Assembly: GCF_001194135.2 (NCBI RefSeq)
Contig: NC_068991.1
Location: 60,618,814 to 60,651,831, forward strand
Source: Octopus bimaculoides
Taxonomy: Eukaryota
Reading direction: 5' to 3'
DNA: 33,018 nt
Shown here piece after piece: positions 31,739 through 33,018 of this stretch. The position numbers and the translations under genes were made by a program. Every line of letters begins with the position of its first letter. Positions within the stretch are counted from its first letter, which is position 1. The notes under the pieces were generated by a model. It was not told the DNA's origin. It did not search any database and saw only the letters and a program-made list of their open reading frames with translations.

Positions 31739-32307
31739 CACATACATATGATGGGCTTATTTCAGTTTCTGTCTACCAAATGTACTTACAAAGCTTTGGT
31801 GAGCTCAAGGCTATAGTGGAAGATACTTGCCCAAGGTGCCACACAGTGGGACTGAACTACAGGGTTGCAAAGCAAACATCTTAACCACACAACTATATCT
31901 GAGTAGATATTTACTTAATGAATAAGTAACCACTGTTCTAATAAAGTCCGTACCTTTCTCTTCCTCACTCAATGACTCTTCTTCTGTTTCTGAAGTTGCT
32001 AGAACTTCTCCCTTAGGTGTACCAACCTCAGTTTCTTCATCGCTCAAAGGATTTTGTAAAATAGATTCATCTTCTTCACTTAAAACCACTCCTATTTTCT
32101 CCATTTCCTCATCTGATAGTTGGATGTCTTTTCTAGAGTCTTTCTGTGGAGCCAACCCCTCAATCGTAGATCCTCGAGTCAAAACAGTTTCAGTTTCACT
32201 TATCATATCGGTTGCAGCTTTTGCTAAGTGATCAATCTCATCTTCTGATAATAATGGAGAGGTGGACAACACACCATCTTCAGTCTTAGCTAATTCAAAT
32301 TCATTGT
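5496..32307 (-). CDS. IQUB: IQUB-like gene (IQ and ubiquitin-like domain protein), multi-exon, 5' end outside window. Core exons: 32307-31954, 21785-21651, 21067-20906, 19977-19646, 17931-17721, 16800-16625, 15243-15070, 13312-13136, 11959-11717, 10017-9832, 5729-5496; plus 4 candidate small exons
   Basis: Exon translations match recalled vertebrate IQUB motifs in the correct order: [29 protein letters not shown] (IQ), [53 protein letters not shown]. All junctions are GT-AG and the phases chain 1-1-1-0-1-0-0-0-0-0. Confidence 0.95.
5840..6330 (+). mobile_element. RTE-tailed interspersed repeat with internal ~65-bp subrepeats
   Basis: aggaagggcatccag...aaccatg.cagcatggaaa...(gat)n tail; internal gtgcc.gtggcac...gagc.tggtcgttgccag units. 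Confidence 0.75.
6330..6765 (-). mobile_element. L1/Tx1-like LINE 3' fragment
   Basis: Minus translation [13 protein letters not shown]...[24 protein letters not shown] resembles Tx1/L1 ORF2 C-termini (recall). Confidence 0.45.
6835..7061 (-). mobile_element. Young Nin-domain-type SINE with a 17-bp target-site duplication
   Basis: acagtggtatcatttct at 6818-6834 and 7062-7078; CpGs retained. Confidence 0.9.
7205..7385 (+). mobile_element. RTE-tailed repeat, 3' fragment
   Basis: ggcattaggaagg...aacccatgccagcatggaacatggacgttaaatgatgatgat. Confidence 0.7.
7585..8434 (-). mobile_element. DD37D (maT family) Tc1/mariner relic, deleted and degenerate
   Basis: Imperfect TIRs ca(t/g)ggtgtg.tg.ataaa with TA flanks. 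Minus translation QQDSAPCH...[13 protein letters not shown] has exactly 37 residues between the last two Asp. Confidence 0.88.
8545..8890 (-). mobile_element. CORE-like tRNA SINE, partial
   Basis: Matches 14015-14440 (cagtcattggactgtggccatgctgg...ccactaagttacaggga...(CA)n...aaattcactcacaagg). Confidence 0.7.
9440..9670. promoter_or_regulatory. CpG-rich promoter-like segment with two NRF1/Ewg-type GCATGC palindromes
   Basis: About 14 CpGs in ~230 bp against a CpG-poor background; cacgcatgcgtg (9584-9595) and acgcatgcgc (9601-9610). Confidence 0.45.
9832..10017 (-). CDS. IQUB: IQUB exon ([16 protein letters not shown]...[33 protein letters not shown]); absent from the ORF track
   Basis: Hand-translated; ttaatctag| acceptor and AATT|gtaaat donor; 186 nt, phase 0-0; VRWNK..WSPWNC motif. 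Confidence 0.93.
10720..11280 (+). mobile_element. RTE-tailed repeat, long copy
   Basis: 5' region cattggatactaaactccgcttgcgaagacctgttgaggcaag, subrepeats, and ggacgtaaaac(gat)n tail. Confidence 0.8.
11717..11959 (-). CDS. IQUB: IQUB exon with CxxC...CxxC (VYYCASC...CKMC...STIAFLLQ)
   Basis: ctgttctag| acceptor and TCAG|gtgaat donor; 243 nt, phase 0-0. Confidence 0.93.
11983..12096. repeat. (ATT/ATC)n microsatellite beside an exon acceptor
   Basis: Direct. Confidence 0.95.
12104..12152 (+). mobile_element. 49-bp RTE-tail insertion with a 7-bp TSD
   Basis: acctccg (12097-12103) and acctctg (12153-12159) flank tccaacccatgc...(gat)n. Confidence 0.75.
12153..12255 (+). mobile_element. Fragment of a TTACCTCCGCCAAGGAGGTTATG-type non-autonomous element (possibly Helentron-associated)
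   Basis: acctctgccaaggaaggaggttatgttttt...gtttgtccgtctgtgtgcaaaataactcaaaaagtt; family assignment from recall only. Confidence 0.4.
12480..12575. repeat. (CAT)n imperfect microsatellite
   Basis: Direct. Confidence 0.9.
12590..12965 (-). mobile_element. tRNA-derived SINE with V/Meta-like central domain
   Basis: Head ggcgcatggcttagtggttagagc...gagttcgattcc (A/B boxes), then gtgttcttgagcaagacacttt; homologous to 14505-14830. Confidence 0.75.
12965..13100. repeat. Compound (CAA/CTC/CAT/CAC)n triplet repeat
   Basis: Direct. Confidence 0.9.
13136..13312 (-). CDS. IQUB: IQUB exon ([10 protein letters not shown]...[28 protein letters not shown])
   Basis: tgtttcag| acceptor and AACG|gtgagt donor; 177 nt, phase 0-0. 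Confidence 0.95.
13350..13705. mobile_element. Two CORE-like SINE heads in opposite orientation (+ 13350-13480, - 13550-13705)
   Basis: ggttctgggttcagtcccattg and its reverse complement; gtggatttggtag core in both. Confidence 0.65.
13795..14005 (-). mobile_element. Diverged Nin-domain-type SINE
   Basis: Reverse complement of ttctgtgttcaaattg...ttttgcctttcattctttcagg. Confidence 0.65.
14015..14440 (-). mobile_element. Full-length CORE-like tRNA SINE
   Basis: Head gtggctgtgtggtaagtagcttg...ggtttagtccc, CORE-like gggcaagtgtcttctactatagcctc, microsatellite spacer, tail ...tgactgaaacaattaaaagag. Confidence 0.8.
14505..14830 (-). mobile_element. V/Meta-like tRNA SINE, second copy
   Basis: Colinear with 12590-12965. 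Confidence 0.75.
15070..15243 (-). CDS. IQUB: IQUB exon (TAAPRS...[15 protein letters not shown]...KYTVR)
   Basis: Poly-T...cttttaaag| acceptor and AAGG|gtgagt donor; 174 nt, phase 0-0. Confidence 0.95.
15253..15321. repeat. A~44 plus (AAT)n; forms the pyrimidine tract of the 15243 acceptor on the minus strand
   Basis: Direct. Confidence 0.9.
15325..15676 (+). repeat. Unclassified interspersed repeat ending in (AAT)n
   Basis: GC-richer block bounded by microsatellites; recalled as a common octopus repeat, single copy here. Confidence 0.4.
15745..16240 (+). mobile_element. RLE-type (R4/Dong-like) non-LTR retrotransposon 3' fragment
   Basis: HIISGC zinc-knuckle remnant and DVATP...[16 protein letters not shown] restriction-like endonuclease region. 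Confidence 0.75.
16625..16800 (-). CDS. IQUB: IQUB exon ([22 protein letters not shown]...FLNK)
   Basis: tgtgtcag| acceptor and TAAG|gtcagt donor; 176 nt, phase 1-0. Confidence 0.95.
16995..17275 (+). mobile_element. RTE-clade LINE 3' fragment, degenerate
   Basis: Broken translation WMCNL...ELREK...VQERR...DEESRIKK...RSKKTW. Confidence 0.6.
17280..17580 (-). mobile_element. RTE-tailed repeat, 5'-truncated
   Basis: (cat)n cgtttaacgtccactttccatgctagcatggg... reverse complement of 10990-11280. Confidence 0.85.
17721..17931 (-). CDS. IQUB: IQUB IQ-motif exon ([17 protein letters not shown]...LYDALE)
   Basis: ctattcaag| acceptor and GAAA|gtgagt donor; 211 nt, phase 0-1. Confidence 0.95.
18010..18390 (-). 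mobile_element. CORE-like tRNA SINE
   Basis: Colinear with 14015-14440. Confidence 0.7.
18530..18800 (-). mobile_element. CORE-like SINE 3' portion with (CA)n
   Basis: cagtcattagaccatggccatactgg...tgctgaactgcttagctatgaggacataaac. Confidence 0.65.
19335..19495 (-). mobile_element. CORE-like SINE head
   Basis: gacacttgcccaagg...ggactgaacctggaaccatgtggttgg...acacagcc. Confidence 0.7.
19646..19977 (-). CDS. IQUB: IQUB exon ([10 protein letters not shown]...RLEK)
   Basis: ttgctgcag| acceptor and AAAG|gtattt donor; 332 nt, phase 1-0; strong motif match. Confidence 0.95.
20135..20207. repeat. (CAC)n(TAC)n microsatellite
   Basis: Direct. Confidence 0.95.
20230..20460 (+). mobile_element. CORE-like SINE 3' portions
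   Basis: aaggtggtgccccagcatggccacagtccaatg...aaacaagtaaaagataaaa. Confidence 0.6.
20558..20874. mobile_element. Tigger/pogo-like MITE (317 bp)
   Basis: TIRs caccttctcctcgactta(t/a)gacc with TA flanks; resembles Tigger-type CCTCGACTTACGACC ends. Confidence 0.8.
20906..21067 (-). CDS. IQUB: IQUB ubiquitin-like domain exon 2 ([34 protein letters not shown]...)
   Basis: tatttttag| acceptor and AACA|gtaagt donor; 162 nt, phase 1-1. Confidence 0.88.
21651..21785 (-). CDS. IQUB: IQUB ubiquitin-like domain exon 1 ([16 protein letters not shown]...KIKFN)
   Basis: cttcattag| acceptor and AATG|gtaggt donor; 135 nt, phase 1-1. Confidence 0.88.
21950..22011 (-). mobile_element. SINE tRNA-head fragment abutting the U6 3' end
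   Basis: Reverse complement taggtgcattgtgactgtgtggtaagaagattgcttctcaaccacttggttcc matches the head at 19440-19495. Confidence 0.7.
22014..22122 (-). pseudogene. U6: U6 snRNA pseudogene, near full length
   Basis: Reverse complement aaaattggaacaacacaaggaagattagcatggcctctgcacaaggatgacacacaaattcatgaaatgttctatatttttt aligns to U6, with CpG-decay substitutions and a damaged ACAGAGA box. Confidence 0.9.
22170..22570 (-). mobile_element. RTE-clade LINE 3' end fragment
   Basis: Minus translation [16 protein letters not shown] and terminal C2H2-like [16 protein letters not shown]. Confidence 0.6.
22592..22771. mobile_element. Foldback/MITE, ~55-bp arms
   Basis: cagggatggaacacttactttaaggattctgagtttctgtgcaaacaattca mirrored at the right end; TA flanks. 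Confidence 0.8.
22900..23170. mobile_element. Two CORE-like SINE heads, opposite orientation
   Basis: ttcccaaccatg...agttcagtcccact (+) and ggactgaaccgagaaccatgtggttgg (-). Confidence 0.6.
24323..24373 (-). CDS. IQUB: Candidate IQUB small exon D (51 nt): [17 protein letters not shown]
   Basis: ttttcttcttcag| acceptor and ACAG|gtttgt donor; phase 1-1. Splicing to the next exon gives NVTVKVLLLP, matching recalled human ATVKVVLIP. Confidence 0.75.
24680..25130 (+). mobile_element. Penelope-like element, GIY-YIG endonuclease fragment
   Basis: [15 protein letters not shown]...VAYETEV...[20 protein letters not shown] and terminal [13 protein letters not shown]; in-frame stops. Confidence 0.75.
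25770..26160 (-). mobile_element. Full-length tRNA-derived SINE
   Basis: Head ggcgcaatggcccagtggttagggcagcggact...ttcgattccc; body matches 300-540; small internal duplication aaatctcctgagaacta x2. Confidence 0.8.
26319..26414 (-). CDS. IQUB: Candidate IQUB small exon C (96 nt): [32 protein letters not shown]
   Basis: ttcttcttctttag| acceptor and GGAG|gtgtgt donor; phase 1-1; internal 12-nt repeat; homologous flanks. Confidence 0.68.
26560..26720 (+). mobile_element. CORE-like SINE head
   Basis: tggctgcgtggtaagg...caccttggg...tcttttctactatagcccc...ggtagatggaaactg. Confidence 0.65.
26785..26990 (+). mobile_element. Nin-domain-type SINE
   Basis: ggtggtgagctggcagaatcgttagc...ttctgagttcaaattccactgaggttgact...tcgataaattaagtaccag. 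Confidence 0.8.
27010..27395 (-). mobile_element. CORE-like tRNA SINE (spans an N-gap)
   Basis: Colinear with 14015-14440. Confidence 0.8.
27595..27865 (-). mobile_element. RLE-type non-LTR 3' fragment, degenerate
   Basis: Minus translation [13 protein letters not shown] resembles [13 protein letters not shown] at ~30540. Confidence 0.45.
27865..28420 (-). mobile_element. RTE-tailed repeat, long copy
   Basis: Reverse complement of the 10720-11280 family, with more subrepeat units. Confidence 0.85.
29075..29290 (+). mobile_element. SINE-like fragment with RTE-type (gat)n tail
   Basis: ttaccttgtttggaaataagtgagggtt...gacccatg...gatgttaaatgatgatgg. Confidence 0.5.
29497..29547 (-). CDS. IQUB: Candidate IQUB small exon B (51 nt): [17 protein letters not shown]
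   Basis: ttttcttcttcag| acceptor and ACAG|gtaggt donor; phase 1-1; homologous flanks. Confidence 0.72.
30071..30106 (-). CDS. IQUB: Candidate IQUB small exon A (36 nt): [12 protein letters not shown]
   Basis: Long pyrimidine tract ttcttcttcttcag| and donor GCAG|gtaggt; phase 1-1; flanks homologous to three sister exons. Confidence 0.7.
30230..30600 (+). mobile_element. RLE-type non-LTR retrotransposon C-terminal fragment
   Basis: CTVIEVS...[33 protein letters not shown]...IIIGAFG...CKTFLRFNM*. Confidence 0.7.
30700..30792. repeat. (TACA)n microsatellite
   Basis: Direct. Confidence 0.95.
30795..31692 (+). mobile_element. Degenerate mariner element
   Basis: Imperfect TIRs tga(a/g)gt..tat(c/t)aaaaagttc with TA flanks; fragments [40 protein letters not shown] with stops and frameshifts. 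Confidence 0.88.
31745..31895 (-). mobile_element. CORE-like SINE head
   Basis: gatacttgcccaaggtgccacacagtgggactgaac...ttaaccacac. Confidence 0.7.
31954..32307 (-). CDS. IQUB: IQUB acidic N-terminal exon (354 nt, phase 1-1)
   Basis: Acceptor ttttgtttgcag|ACAATG and donor GAGAAAG|gtacgg. Open, very Glu/Asp/Ser-rich frame ([12 protein letters not shown]...SLSEEEK) in phase with the downstream exons. Assignment to IQUB rests on position and phase, not motif identity. Confidence 0.8.
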
Positions 32308-32464
32308 CTGCAAACAAAAGTCCAGAATAGTATGTCTATTATAGTACAAACATTAACATTAATTAAAATGAGTAACATTTGAAAAAAACTAAAAATGGAA
32401 AAATATTTTTTCAGTATACATGAGGCTAATTTAGTAATGAGAGAAAATGTAAACACATAGCAGC

Positions 32465-32467
32465 AAT

Positions 32468-32508
<41 letters not shown>

Positions 32509-32671
32509 AGGATTATCATTAGTGGTGGTAGTAGTAGTGGTGGTTGTAGTGGTGGTGGTGGTGGTAGTAGTAGTAGGAGTAAGGGCAATTGCTGCCATGC
32601 AATTACATAAATAATAAAATAATGAATTTAATGAATTGGACAAAATATGAAATAGACGAATTAGATAGATA

Positions 32672-32745
<74 letters not shown>
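32465..32745. repeat. Microsatellite cluster (TAT)n, (GTG/TAG)n, (TAA)n
   Basis: Direct. Confidence 0.95.
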
Positions 32746-32747
<2 letters not shown>

Positions 32748-33018
32748 GACAAAGAGCTAGAAACACTACTACAGACAGTACACGGCTTTACCAAGGAAAT
32801 AGAAATGAAATTCGGATTAGAAAAATGTGCCAAAGCAACCCTGAAAAGAGGAAAATTAGTTAAAAGTAGCAATATAACACTAGATAAAGCCAATGAAATA
32901 AGAGAACTAGACGAAAGTCAACCATATAAGTATTTAGGAGTCAATGAACTAGATAGGATACAACATACACAAATGAAAGAAAAAATAAAGAAAGAGTACT
33001 ATAGACGAGTTAGATCAA
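32746..33018 (+). mobile_element. 5'-truncated R4/Dong-like retrotransposon, RT region, open frame running off the window
   Basis: NDKELETLLQTVHGFTKEIEMKFGLEKCAK...YKYLGV...KIKKEYYRRVR without stops; begins directly after (TAA)n. Confidence 0.8.

Noticed and set aside
31811-32317. Stand-alone 168-aa ORF from the track
   Set aside because: Boundaries are better explained by splice sites (32307/31954); the extensions run into intron and SINE sequence.
32431-32766. Minus-strand ORF with ATG as a possible IQUB first exon
   Set aside because: Mostly poly-Y/T/I from microsatellites; no suitable phase-1 donor identified.

Overview
AT-rich, repeat-dense animal genomic DNA. The SINE repertoire suggests a cephalopod (Octopus-like); this is inference from recalled repeat motifs, not a database hit. 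Most of the window is one minus-strand gene, an IQUB orthologue (IQ motif and ubiquitin-like domain protein; FAP253-like, ciliary radial spoke). I reconstructed 11 core coding exons with consistent GT-AG phases from 32307 down to the stop at 5496; the start codon is probably upstream of the window. The most notable hidden structure is four short (36/51/96/51 nt) phase-1-symmetric acidic exons in the ~10 kb stretch 21786-31953. They share homologous intronic flanks, are not apparent from the ORF track, and look like a tandem exon-duplication cassette array. The introns also hold three Tc1/mariner relics (one DD37D/maT), several foldback/MITE elements, tRNA-derived SINEs (CORE-like, Nin-domain, V/Meta-like), RTE-tailed repeats, RTE, Tx1/L1, R4/Dong-like and Penelope fragments, a U6 pseudogene abutting a SINE head, and a CpG-rich NRF1-motif promoter candidate in the last IQUB intron. 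Several N-gaps have duplicated flanks and are probably assembly artefacts.
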